A program made the position numbers and the translations under genes. The notes below the pieces were generated by a model. The model did no database searches and was not told the DNA's origin. It saw only the letters and a list, made by a program, of their open reading frames with translations. Of a stretch of DNA of 64,000 nucleotides, positions 15,201-28,500 are shown piece after piece. The DNA comes from the human T2T-CHM13v2.0 reference genome, Homo sapiens. Within the stretch, counting starts at the first letter, position 1. Each line of letters begins with the position of its first letter. Where the stretch lies: positions 10,400,001 through 10,464,000 of the forward strand of contig CP068257.2 of assembly GCA_009914755.4 (NCBI GenBank), in the 5' to 3' direction.

Positions 15201-18200
15201 ATAATGGAAGAAAACAGAATGGAATGGAATGGAGTGGAATGGAGTGGCATGGAATGCAATGGAATGGAATGGAGTGGAATCGAATCTAATGGAGTCGAAT
15301 GAAATGGACTGAAATGGAAATGACAGGAATAGAATGCAGTGAAAAGGTATGGAATCGAATCAAATGGACTGGAATGGAATGGACTCAAATGGAATGGAAT
15401 CGAAATTAATGGAATCAAATGGAATGGAATCGAATGGAATGGAATTGAGTGGCATGGAATCGAATGGATTCGCCTTGAATCAAATGGAATGCGGTGAAGT
15501 GGAGTGGAAAGGAATAGATTGGAAATGAATGGGGGGAATGGAATTGAACGGAGTGGAGTGGAGTGGACTGGAATAGAGTGGAATTAATTGGAATGGGAAG
15601 GGAGGGAATTGAATGGAGTGGAGTGTAAAACGATAGAGTGGAGTGGAGTGCAGTGAAATGGAGTGGAGTAGAGTGGAATGCAATAGAGTGTTATGGAATG
15701 CAGAGGAGTGGACTGGATTGGAATGGAGTGGAGTGGAGTTGAATGGAATGGAGTTGAACGTTGTGGAGTGCAGTGGAATGGGGTGGAGTGCAATGGAAAG
15801 GAATGGAGTGGAGTGAAGTGCAGGGGAGTGGAATAGAATGGAATGGAATAGGATGGAGTGGAGTGTTGTGGAGCATATTGGAGTCAAGTGGAGTGGAATG
15901 GGAAGGAATGGAATTGAATGGAGGGGAAAAGAACGGAATCAAATGGAAAGGACTGGAATGAAATGTACTCGAGTGGAATGGAGTCAAATGAAATGGAATT
16001 GGATGGAATTGAAAAGAATGAAATGGAATTCAATGGAATGTAATCAAATGAAAGGGAGTCGAATGGCATCGAATGAAATTGAATATAATGCGCTGAAGTG
16101 GAGTGGAGTGGACTGGAATAGAATGTGGTGGAAGGGATTTGAATGGGGTGGAGTGGAGTGGAGTGGAATGAGGTGGAGTGGAGTGGAGTGGAATGGAATG
16201 GGAAGGAATGGAATTAAATGCATGCAATTCAGTGGAATGGAGTGGAACGCAATGGAATGGAATGGAATGGAGTGCAGTTGAGTGGAGTTGAGTGGAATGG
16301 AATGGAACAGAATGGAATGGAATGGAAAGGAATGGACAAGAATGCAATGGACTGGAATGGAATGGTATTGAATGGAATGGATTCAAATGGAATGGAATGG
16401 AATCCAATGGAATGGACTCGAATGGAATGGACTGGAACGGAATGGACTTGGATGGAATAAAATCTAACGGAATGGAATCGAATGGATTGGAATCAGATCG
16501 AATTGAATCAAATGGAATGGAATCGAATGGAGTGGAACCGAATGGAAAGGAATAGAATGGCATCAAAAGGAAACGAATGGAATGTGGTGAAGTTGAGTGG
16601 AGTGGAGTTTAGTGAAATGGAGTGCAGTGGAGTGGAACGGAGTGAAATGGACTGGAATGGAATGGAATGGACTGGAAAGGAATCAACTGGAATGGAATGG
16701 ACTCGAATTGAATGGAATTGCATGGAATGGAATCGAAAAGAATGGAATAGAATGGAATGGAATCGAATGGAATGAAATCAAATGGAATGGAGTCGAATGG
16801 AAAGGATTTGAATGGCATCGAATGGAATTGAATGGAATGCGGTGAAGTGGAGTGGAGTGGAGTGGAATGGAGTGAAATGAAATGGGGTGGAATGGAATTG
16901 AATGGAGTGGTGTGGTGTGGAATGCAGTGGAATGGAATGTAAAGGCAACGAATGGAATTAAAAGGAGAGGAGTGGAGTGGAGTGTATTGGAGTGGAGTGG
17001 AATGGAAGGGACTCAAGTGGAGTGGAGTTGAGTGGAATGGAGTGGAGTGGAGTGGAATGGAATGGACTCAAGTGGAATGGAGTGGAGTGGAATGGAGTGG
17101 AATAGAATAGAATGGATTGAAGAGGAATAGAGTGGAGTGAAGTGGAGTGGGGTGGAGTGCAGTGTAATGATATGGAATGGAATGGAATCGAATCGAATGG
17201 AATGGACTCGAAAGGAATGGAATCCAATGGAATGGACTTGAATACAATGGAATCGAATGGAATGGAATCGAATGAAATGCAATTGAATAGAGTGGAATTG
17301 AATGTCATCGAATTGAGGGGAATGGAATGCGGTGAAGTGGAGTGGAGTGGAGTGAAATGGAGTGGAAAGGAATGGGGTGAAATGGAATGGAATGCAGTGG
17401 AGTGGAGTTTAATGGAGTGGAATGGAAATGAATGGGAAGGAATAGAATTGAATGGAGTGGAGTGCCTTGGAATGCAATGGATTGGTGTGAAGAGGAGTGG
17501 AGTGGAAAAGAGTGGAATGCAATGGAATGTAACATAATGGAATGGAGTGGATTGGAATGGAGTAGAAAGGACTTCAGTGGAGAGGAGCGGAGGGGAGTGG
17601 AATAGAATGGAAAGGAAAGGAATAGAATGTAATGGTGTGGAGTAGAGTGGAATGAAATGGAATGGAAAGGATTGGAATGGAATAGAATGGAATGGAATGG
17701 AATGGACTCGAATGGAATGCAATGGAAAGGAACGGACTGGAATGGAATGGACAGGAATGGATTGGAGTCGAGGGGAAAGGAATCGAATGGAATGGAATTG
17801 AATGGAATGGGATAAATAGAATGGGATCAAATGAAATGGAATGAAATGGAGTGGAATGGAATGGCATCGAATGGAATCCAAAGGAATGCAGAGAAGTGCA
17901 GTGGAGTTGAGAGGAATGCAATGGAATGGAATGGAATGGAGTAGACTGGAGTGGAGTGGATTGTAGTGGAATTGAGTGGAGTGGAATGGAACGGAGTGGA
18001 GTGGAGTAGAATATAGTGTAGTGGAGTGGAGTGGAATGTAGTGGAATGGAATGGTGTGAAATGGAATGGACTGGAGTGGAATGGAATGGAAGGGAATGGA
18101 ATGGAATGGAGTTGAGTGGTGTGGGATGGAATGCAATGGAATGGAATGGAGTGGAGTGGAGTGGAGTGGAATGGAGTGGAGTGGAGTGGGGAGGAGAGGA

Positions 18201-19559
18201 ATGGAGTGTAATGGAATGCAATGGAATGGAATGGAGTGGAGTGGAGTGAAATGGAGTGGAGTGGAGTGGGTTATAAAGGAATGGAGTGGAATGGAATGCA
18301 GTGGAATGGAATATGGTGGAGAGGAATGGAATGGAATTTAGTGCAGTGGAGTGCAGTAAATTGGAGTGGTGTGGAATGGAATGCAGTGGAAGTGAATGGA
18401 ATGGAATGGAATCGAATGGAGTGTAGTGGAATGGAATGGAATGGAATGGACTCGAATGGAATGGGCTGGAATGAAATGGACTGGAATGGAATGGACTCGA
18501 AAGGAAAGGAATCTAATGGTATGGAATCGAATGGAATGGAATAGAGAGGAATGGAATCGAAAGGAATGGAATCAAAGAGAGCAGAATCGAATGGCATCAA
18601 ATGGATTCAAAAGGCATGTGGTGAAATGAGGAGGTGTGGAGTGGAATGGAGTAGAAAGGATTGTGGTGGAATGGAATTGAATGGAGTGAAGAGGAATTGA
18701 GTGGAATGGAATGGGAAGGAATGGAATTCAACGGAGTGGAGTGGAGTGGAGTGGAATGAAAGGAAATGGAATGGATTGGAGTTGAGTGGAATGGATTGGA
18801 GTGCAGTGGAGTGGAGTGGAATGCAATAGACTGGAATGGAATGGAATGGAGTGGAATGGAATGGAATGAAAAGGAAAAGAATGGAATGGAAAGGATTGGA
18901 GTGAAGTAGAGTGGAGGTGAATGGAGTGGAGTGGAGTGGAACAGAATAGAATGGAATGAAATGGAATTGAATGGACTCGAATGGAACGGAATCGAATTTA
19001 ATGGAATTGAATGCAATGGAATCTAATGGAATGGAATGGAATGGAATGGAATGGAATGGAATGGAATGGAATGGAATGGAGTGGAATCGAATGGAATGGA
19101 ATCGAATGGCAATGAATGGAATTGAACGGAATGCAGTCCACTGGAGTGCACAGGAGTGGAATGGAGTGGAATGGAATGGGGTGGAATGGAATTGAAGGGA
19201 GTGGAGAGGAGCAGGGTGAAATGGAGTGGAATGGAGTGGAATGGGAAGGAATGGAATGGGCCAGAAAGGAATTGAACTTAGTGGAGAGGACTAGAAGGGA
19301 ATGGGTTGGAATGGAATCAAACGAAATGAAATGCAATTGCATGGAGTGAAATGGAGTGCTACGGAATGGAGAGGAATGGAATGGAATTGAATGGAGTGGA
19401 ATGGAACGGAATGGAATGGATTGGAATGGAATGGAACGGAGTGGAGTGGAGTGGAATGGAATGGAATGGAATGGAGTGGAATGGAGAGGAAAGGAATGGA
19501 ATGGAGTGGAGTGGTTTGGATTGGATTGCAGTGGAATGGAATGGCATGGAGTGGAATGG

Positions 19560-20660
19560 AATGGAGTGGAATGGAGTGGATTGTAGTGGAGTGGAGTGGA
19601 GTGGAGTGGAATGGAATTTAGTGGTATTGAAAGAAACAGGATGGAATGGAATGGTATTAAATGGGGTGGAGTCCAGATGATTAGAGTGCAGTGCAGTAGA
19701 ATGGAATGGAATGGAATGGAAAGGAATGGAATGGAATAGAATGAAATAGACTCGAATGGAATGGACTCGAATGAAACGGAATAGAAATTACTGGAATTGA
19801 ACGCAATGGAATTGAATGGAATGGAATCTAATGGAATGGAATAGAATAGAGTGGAATCGAATGGAATGGAATCGAATGTCATCAAATGGAATCAAATGGA
19901 ATGGAATAGAATAGAGTGGAATCGAATGGAATGGAATCGAACGGCATCAAATGGAATCGAATGGAATGTGGTCCACTGGAGTGCAGTGGAGTGGAATGGA
20001 ACGGGGTGGAATGGAGTTGAATGGCATGGGGAGGAGCGGAGTGGAAATGAATGTAATGGAATGGAATGGGAATGAATGGAATTGGACAGAAGTTAATTGA
20101 AAGGAATGTCGTGGAGTGGAACGGCATGGAGTGCAATGGAATTGAGAGGAATGGAGTGGATTGTAGTGGAGTGGAGTGGAGTGGAATGGAATGGAGTGGT
20201 ATTTAATGAAACGGGATGGAATGGAATGGAATGGAATGGAATGGAATGGAATGGTATTGAATGGGGTGGAGTCCAGAGGATTGGAGTGGAGTGCAGTAGA
20301 ATGGAATGGAATGGAATGGAATGGAAAGGAATGGAATGGAATGGAAGGAAATAGAATCGAATGGAATTGACTCGAATGCAACGGAATAGAATTTAATGGA
20401 ATTTAACGCAATGGAATAGAATGGAATGGAGTTGAATGGAATGAAATAGAATAGAGTGGAATTGAATGGAATGGAATCGAACAGCATCAAATGGAATCGA
20501 ATGGAATGTGGTCCACTGGAGGGCAGTGGAGTGGCATGGAGTTGAATGGAATGGGGTGGAATGGAGTTGAATGGAGTGGAGAGGAGAGGAGTGGAATGGA
20601 ATGAAATGGAATGGAATATGAAGGAATGGAATGGGACAGAAATTAATTGAAAGGAATGGA
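19560..20660 (+). repeat. Tandem duplication of a ~540-580 bp unit in domain A (2 copies)
   Basis: GGATTGTAGTGGAGTGGAGTGGAGTGG at 19577 and 20157. AATGTGGTCCACTGGAG at 19963 and 20503. GGACAGAA(G/A)TTAATTGAAAGGAATG at ~20083 and ~20632. Confidence 0.8.
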
Positions 20661-23600
20661 GTGGAGTGGAAGGGAATGGAATGGAATGGAATCAAATGAA
20701 ATGGAATGCAGTTGAATGGAGTGGGACGCAGTTGAATGGAATGGAGTGGAATGGAGTGGAATAGAATGGAGTGGAATTGAATGGAATGGAATGCAGTGGA
20801 GTGGAGTGGAGTGGAATGGAGTGGTGTGGAATGAAGTGAAATGGAGTGGAGTGGAATGGAATTGAGTGTAGGGCAACGGAATGGAATGGAGTGGAATGGA
20901 ATGGAACTGAAAGGAATGAAATGGAATGGACTCAAACGGAATGGACTCTAATGGAATGGACTGGAATGGAATGGACTCGAATGGAATGGACTCGAATGGA
21001 ATGGACTGGAATGGAAGGGACATGAATAGAGTGGAATCGAATGGAATGGAATCAAATGGCATCGACAGGAATCAAATGAAATACAGTGCAGTTGAATGGA
21101 GTGCAGTGGAATGGAATGGGATGGAATGTGGTGGAATGGAATGGAATGGAACGGAATGGAGTGAAGTGGAGTGGAATGGAATGGAATGGAATGGAGTGGA
21201 ATGGAGTGGAATGGAATGGAACGGAATGGAATGGAATGGAATGGAATGGAACGGAGTGGAACGGAATGGAACAGAATGGAATGGAGTGGAATGGAATGGA
21301 ATGGAATGGAATGGAATGGAATGGAGTGGAATGGAGTGGAATGCAGTGGAGAGGAGTGGAATTTAATGGAGTGAAGTGGAATGGAATGGAGTGAAGTGGA
21401 ATGGAATTGAATGGAATGGAATGAAATGGAATGGAAAGGAATCGAAAGGAATGTAATTGAATGGCATCTAATGGAATCGAACGGAATGCGGTGAAGCAGA
21501 ATGGAGTGGAGTGGAATGGAGTGGAATGGAATGGGGTGGAACTGAAATTAATGGAGTCGAGTGGAATGGAGTGGATTGGAATGGGAAGGAATGTGATGGA
21601 ACAGAGTGGAGTTTAGTGAAAAGGAATGCAATGGAATGGAATGGAATTGAATGGAAGGGAAGGGAATGGAATGGAATGGAGTGGAAAACATGGAATGGAA
21701 TTCACAGGACTGGACTGGAATGGAACGGAATGGAATGGAATGGAATGGAATGGAATGCAATGCAATGCAATCAAATGGACACGAATGGAATGGACTTGAA
21801 TGGAATGGACTCGAATGGAATGAACTGGAATGGAATGGACTAGAATGGAATGAACTGGAATGGAATGGACTGGAATGGAATGGACTCGATTGTAAGGGAA
21901 TCGAATGGAATAGAATCGAATGGCAGTGAATGGAATTGAATGGAATGCGATGAAGTGGAGTGGATTGCAGTTGAATGGAGTGCAAACAATGGTTTGGAAA
22001 GGAATAGAATGGAGTGGAGCGGATTTGATTGGAATGGAATTGAATGGGAAGTAATGGAATTTAATGGAGTGGAGTGCAGTGGAGTGGAGTGGAGTGGAGT
22101 AGGGTGAAATGGAATGAAATGGAATGGAATGGCATGGAATGGACTGGAATGGAATGTAATCAAATGGAAAGGAATCGGATGGAAAGAAATGTTATAGAAT
22201 GGAGTGGAATCAACTGGAATGGAATTGAAAGGAATGGAATGGAATGGAGTGGATACGATTGAAAAGGAATCGAATGTCATCGGATGGAATCAAAAGGAAT
22301 GCGGTGAATTGGAGGGGAGTGGAGTGGAAAGGAGTGCAATGGAATGGTGTGGAATGGAATGGAAAGGAGTAGAGTGGAGTGGAAAGGAGTGGAATGGCAT
22401 GGAATGGAAAGGAATGGAATTGAATGGAGTGGAGTGCAATGGAGTGCCTTGAAATGGAATGCAATGGAGTGGAGTGGAGAAAAGTGGATTGGATTGGAAT
22501 GGAATGAAACGGAATGGAATGGAATGCAACGTACTGGAATGGAAAGTAATCGAATGGAAAAGAATGGAATGGAATGGAATGGAATGGAATCAAACGGAGT
22601 GGAATCGTGTGGAATGGAATCGAATGGAATTTAATCGAATGGCATCGAATGGAATCAAATGGAATGCAGTGAAGTGGAGTGGAGTGGAATGGAGTGGAAT
22701 GGAATGGGTTGGAATGGAATGGAGTGGAGAGGAGTAGATTGGAGAGCAATGGAATGCAATGGAATGGAGTGGAGTGGAGAGGATTGGAGTGGAGTGGAAT
22801 GCAATGGAATGGAAAGTAATTGAGTGGAGAGGAATGGAGTGGAATGTAGTTTAGTGGTGTGGATTCGAATGGAGTGGAATATAGTGGATTTGAGTGGAGT
22901 GGAAGGGAATTCACACAAGTGGAGTGGAGTTGAGTGGACTGGAGGGGAGTGAAGTGGAATGGAGTGGAAAGGAATGGAGTGGAATTTAAAGGAATGGAAT
23001 GGAGTAGAGTGGAGTTGCGTGAAGTTTAATGGAGTGGATTGCAGTGGAGTGGAGTGGAATGGATTTGAAAGGAGTGGTGTGCAGTGAAGTGGAGTGAATT
23101 GGATTGGAATGAAAAGGAATGCAGTGAAATGAAATAGAATGGTGTGGAATGGAATGGAAAGGAATGGAAAGGAATTGACTTGAAGGGAATGGACTCAAAT
23201 GGAATGGACTCTAATGGAATGGACTGGAATGGAATGGACTCGAATGGAATGGAATCAAATGGAATGGAATCAAATGGAATGGAATCAAATGGCATCGACT
23301 GGAATCAAATGGAATACGGTGCAGTGGAGTGGAGTGGAAAGGAGTGGTATGGAATGGAATGGAATGGAATGGAATGGAATGGAATGGAATGGAGTGGAAT
23401 GGAATTGAGTGGAGTGGAGTGGAGTGGAATGGATTGGAGTGGATTCGAGTGGAGTGGGATGAAATGCACTTAAGTGGAGTGGAGTAGAGTAAAGTGAAAT
23501 TCAGTGGAATGGAATGGAATGGATTTTCATGGATTGGAGTGTACTGGAGTGGATTGGAGCGGAGTGTAATGTAGCGGAATTGAGTGGAGTGGACTGGAGT

Positions 23601-25395
23601 GAAACGGAGTGGAATGGAGTTCAATGGAGTGCAGTGGAGTTGAGTGCAATGGAATGGAGTGCAGTGGAATGGAATGGAATGGAATGGAATGGAATGGAAT
23701 GGAATGGAATGGAGTGGAATGGAAAGGAATATAGTGGAATGCAATGGAATGGAACTGAAAGGAATGGAATGGAGTGGAATCGAATGGCATGGAACAAAGT
23801 GGCACGGAACACAATGGCACGGAATCGATTGGCATCGAATGGAATTGATAGGATTGCGGTGAAGTGGAGTGGATGGAGTGGAATGGAGTGGAATGGAATG
23901 GAGTGGAATTGAATTGTAATGGAGTGGTGTGGAGTAGAGAGGAATGGAATGGAATGGAAAGAAGTTGAGTGCAGTGAAGTGGAATGGAAGGCTGCGGAAT
24001 TGAATGGAAAGGAATGCTACAAATTGGAATGGAGTGGAACGCAGTGGAATGGAGTGAAGTGGTGTGGAGTGGAGTGGAGTGGAGTTTAATGGAGTGAAAC
24101 CGAAACGAATGGAATAGAATTGAGTGCAATGGCATGGAGTGGAGTGGAGTGCAGTGGTTTGAAATGGAATGGAATGGATTGGAACAGACTGCAATGGAAT
24201 GGACTGGAATGGAATGGAGTCGATTGTCATGGACGCGGATAGAATGGATTCAAAAGGAATGGAATCGAATGGAATGGAATCGGATGAAATGGAATCAAAT
24301 GGAATGCAATCGAATGGAATGGAATCCAATGGCATTGAATGGAATTGAATGGAATGCTGTGAAGTGGGGTGAAGTTGAGTGGAATGGAGTGAAATGTAAT
24401 GGAATTGGAAGGAATGGAATAGAATGGAGTGGATTGTACAAGATTGGAGTGGCAGGTAGTGGAATGGAAAGGGGTGGAATGGAATTGAATGGAGTGGATT
24501 GGAGTGGGGTGAAATAGAGTGGAATGGAATGGAATGGGAAGGAATGGAATTGAATGGAGTGCAGTGGAGTGGGCTGGAGTGTAATGCAATGGAATGAAAT
24601 GGAATAGACTGGAGTGTAATGGAGTGGATTGGCGTGGAGTGGATTGGAATGGAATGGAATGGAGTAGATTTGAGTGGAATGAAGTGGAATTGAGTGGAGT
24701 GGAGGGGAATGGAGTGGAGTGGAATGGAATGGGAAGGAATGAAATTGAATGGAGTGGAGAGGAGTGGAGTGGAATGTAATGGAACAGAATCCAGTGGATT
24801 GGAATGGAATGGAATGGAATGTACTCAAATGGAATGGACTCCAATGGAATGGACTCGAATGGAATGGAATCGAATTGAATGTAATCAAAAGGAATGGAAT
24901 AAAATGGCTTCGAATGGAATCAAATGGAATGTGGTGAAGTGGAGTGGAGTGCAGAGGAGTATAGTGGAAAGGAATGCGGTGGAATGAATTTGAATGGACT
25001 GGAGTGGAGTGGAATGCAGTGGAATGGAATGCAATGGGAAGGAATGAAATAGTAGGGAGTAGAGTTCAGTGGAGTTGACTGGAGTGGAATGCAATGGAAT
25101 GGAATGGAATGGACTCAAATGGAAAGTTCTCAAACAGAATGGTACCGAATGGAAGGGAATCGAATGGAACGGAATGGAATGGAGTAGAATCGAATGGAAT
25201 GGTAGCCAACGGAATGGAATCCAATGGAACGGAAACGAATGACATCGAATGGAATCAAGTGGAATGCGGTTAAGGAAGTGGAGTGGACTGGAGTGGAATG
25301 GAATGGAATGGATTGGAATTGAATGGACTCGAATGGAATGGACCCGAATGGAATCAAATGGAATGGAATCGAGTGGAATGGAATCCAATTGAATG

Positions 25396-25515
25396 GAATC
25401 CAATGGAATGGAATCGAATGGCATTGAATGGAATGGAACACAATCGCATGGAATGGAATCCAATGGAAAGGAATCGAATGGCATTGAATGGAATGGAACA
25501 CAATCGCATGGAATG
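25396..25515 (+). repeat. 2 x 60 bp tandem duplication in domain A, with a partial third copy
   Basis: GGAATCCAATGGAA(T/A)GGAATCGAATGGCATTGAATGGAATGGAACACAATCGCATGGAAT repeated at 60-bp offset. ORF 25283+ shows the repeated 20-aa unit RMALNGMEHNRMEWNPME. Confidence 0.9.
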
Positions 25516-28500
25516 GAATCCAATGGAATGGAATCGAATGGAATGGAATCAAATGGCATCGAATGGATTCAAATGGAATGCGGTGAAGTGGAGTGGATTG
25601 GTTTGGAATGCATTGGAATGGAATGGGGTGGAATGGAATTGAATGCAGTGGAGTGAGTTCAGTAGAATGTAGTAAAATTGAATGGAATGGGAAGGAATGG
25701 AATTGAACAGAGTGCACTGGAGTGGAGTGGAGAGGAATGCAATGGAATAGGGTGGAGTGGAGTGGAGTGGAGTGGAGTGGAGAGGAGAGAAATGGTGTTG
25801 AGTGGAATGGAATGGACTCAAGTGGAGTGGAGTGCAGTTGAGTGGATACGAGATGAGCAGAATGGAGAGGAATGGAAAGGAATGTAACGGATTGGAGTGG
25901 AGTGGAGTGGGGTGGAATTGAATTGAGTGGAGTGGAGTGGAAAGGAGTAGAATGGAGTGGAATGGAAAGGAGAGGAGGGGAGTGGTATGGAGTGGAGTGG
26001 AATGAAATGGAATGGAGTGGAATGGAATGCAATGTAAAGGAATGGAGTGCAATGGAATGGACGAGAATGGAATGGACTCAAATGGAATGGAGTGGAATGG
26101 AGTGGGCGCGAATGCAATGAACTCCAATGGAATGCACTGGAACAGAATGGACTCGAATAAATTGGAATGGAATGGAATTGAATCAAAAGGAATGGAATCG
26201 AATGCCATGGAATTGAATGGAATGGAATTGAAGGGAATGAAATCAAATAGCATCGAATGGAATTGAATGGAATGTGATGATGTGGAGTGGAGTGCAGTGG
26301 ATTGGAGTGGAATGGAATGGGGTGCAACAGAAATGAATGGAGTGGTGGGTAGTGGAATGGAACGGAGTGGAATGAAAGAGAATGGCAAGGAATGGAATCG
26401 AACACAGTGGAGTGGAGTGGAGAGGAGGGGACTGGTGTGGAATGCAATGGAACGGAGTGGAGTGGAGTGGAGTGGATTTGAGTGGAAAGGAGTGGAGTGG
26501 ACTGAAATGGAATGGAATGAACAGGAACGAAATGGACTCAAAAGGAATTGATTCAAATGGAATGGAATCGAGTGGAATGGAATGGAATGGAATGGAATGG
26601 AGTGGAATAAATGGAGTGGGATCGAATGGACAGGACTGGAATGGAATGGACACCAATGGATTGGAATGGAATGGACCCAAAAGTAATAGAATGGAATGGA
26701 ATGGACTCAAATGGAATGGAAAGGAATTGAATGGAATGGACTCGAATGGAATGGAATGGAATGGACTCGAATGGATTGGAATGCAATGTACTCGAAAGGA
26801 ATAGAAAAGACTCGAATGGAATGGAATGGACTGGAACCGAACGGAATGGACTGTAATGGAATGGAATGGAATTGATTGGATTTGAATAGAATAGAATGGA
26901 ATGGAATGGACTCCAATGGAGTGGAATTGAATGGACTAAAATGGAATGGAATGAACTTGAATGGAAAGGAATGCAATTTAATGGAATGGATTCTAATGGA
27001 TTGGAGTCCAGTGGAATGGAATGGAATGGAATCTAATGGAATAGAATGGAATGTACTCGAATGGAAAGGAATGCTATGGAATGGACTCGAATGGAATGGA
27101 ATGGAATGGGCTCGAATGGAATGGAATGGAATTGAATGGTCTCGAAAGGGATGGAATGGAATGCAAAGGAATGGAATCGAATGGAATGGAATGGATTTGA
27201 CTCGAATGGAATTGAATGGTATGGACCTGAAAGGAAAGGAATGGAATGGAATGGAATGTACTCGAGTAGTATGGAATGGAAAGGTATAGACTCGAATGGA
27301 ATGGTATTGAATGGAATGGACTCGAATGGAATGGAATGGAACGGAATGGATTCGAATGGAATGGTTTGGAATGGAATAGACACGAATGAAATGGAATGGA
27401 ATGGACTCAAATGGAACAGAATGGAATGGAATGGAGTGGACTCCAATGGAATGGATTGGATTCGAGTGGAATGCAATTGAATGGAATGAACTCAAATGGA
27501 ATATAATGGAATCGAATGGACTCGAATGGAATGGAAAAGAATGGACTCGAATTGAATAGAATGCAATGGACTCGAATGGAATGGAGAAGAATGGAATGGA
27601 CTCGTATGGAATGGAGTGGCATGGACTCGAATGGAATGGAATTTAATTGAATGGACTCGAAAGGAATGGAATGAAATCTACCCGAATGAAATGTAATAGA
27701 ATCAAAAGCACTCGAAAGAAATGTAATGGAAAGGAATGGACTCAATGGATAGGAATGGAGTGGAATGGAATGGAATGGAATGCACTCGAACGGAACGGAA
27801 TGGAATGGAATGGAATTGACTCGAATGGAATATAAAGGAATGGACTCGAATAGAATGGAATGGAATGGAATGGACTCGAATAGAATGGAATGGAATGGAA
27901 TGGACTCGAATGTAATGTAGTGGAAAGGACTCGAATGGAATGGAAAGGAATTTAGTGGACTCGAATCGAATGGAATATAATGTTATGGAATGGACTCGTA
28001 TGGAATGGAATGGAATGGGCTCGAATGGAATGGAATGGAATGGAATGGTCTCGAAAGGGATGGAATGGAATGGACCCGAATGGAGTGGAATGGAATAGAA
28101 TGGAATTGAATGAAATGGAATGGAATTGAATGGAATGGAATGGAATGCTATGGATTGGAATGGACATGAATGGAATAGAGTGGGATGGAATGGAAGGAAT
28201 TCAAAAGGAATGGAATGGAATGGAATCCAATGGAATGGAAAGGCCAGGAATCAAATGGAATGGAATGGAATGGACTCGAGTGGAATAAATTGGAATTTAA
28301 TGGAATTGACTCCAATGGAATGCAATGGAATGGTCTTGAATGCAATAGAATGGAACGGAATGGATTCGAATGAAATGCAATGGAATGGACTTGAATGGAA
28401 TGAAATGGACACGAATGGAATGGATTGGAATGCAATGAACTCGAATGCAATAAAATGGAATTTTAATGGAATGGACACTAATAGAATGGAATGGAATGGA

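Larger units (their letters stand above)
1..26500 (+). repeat. Satellite domain A: HSat3-like pentameric (GGAAT)n array with interspersed (GGAGT)n/AGTGG-variant blocks
   Basis: Near-continuous AATGG/GGAAT pentamers on +. Alternating about 0.3-1.5 kb blocks rich in AATCGAATGG/CAAATGG and blocks rich in AGTGGAGTGG. About 35 occurrences of the junction motif AATGCGGTGAAGTGGAGTGG (e.g. ~284, 1795, 2268, 10240, 15491, 25580). No long non-repetitive stretch. Family assignment from memory of HSat3 features, not searched. Confidence 0.85.

Noticed and set aside
1-26500. HSat2 assignment for domain A
   Set aside because: Lacks the diagnostic ATCATCATCGAATGG / 23-26 bp HSat2 unit structure. Variants here are GGAGT-type, so a diverged HSat3-like type is more consistent, though the exact subfamily was not determined.
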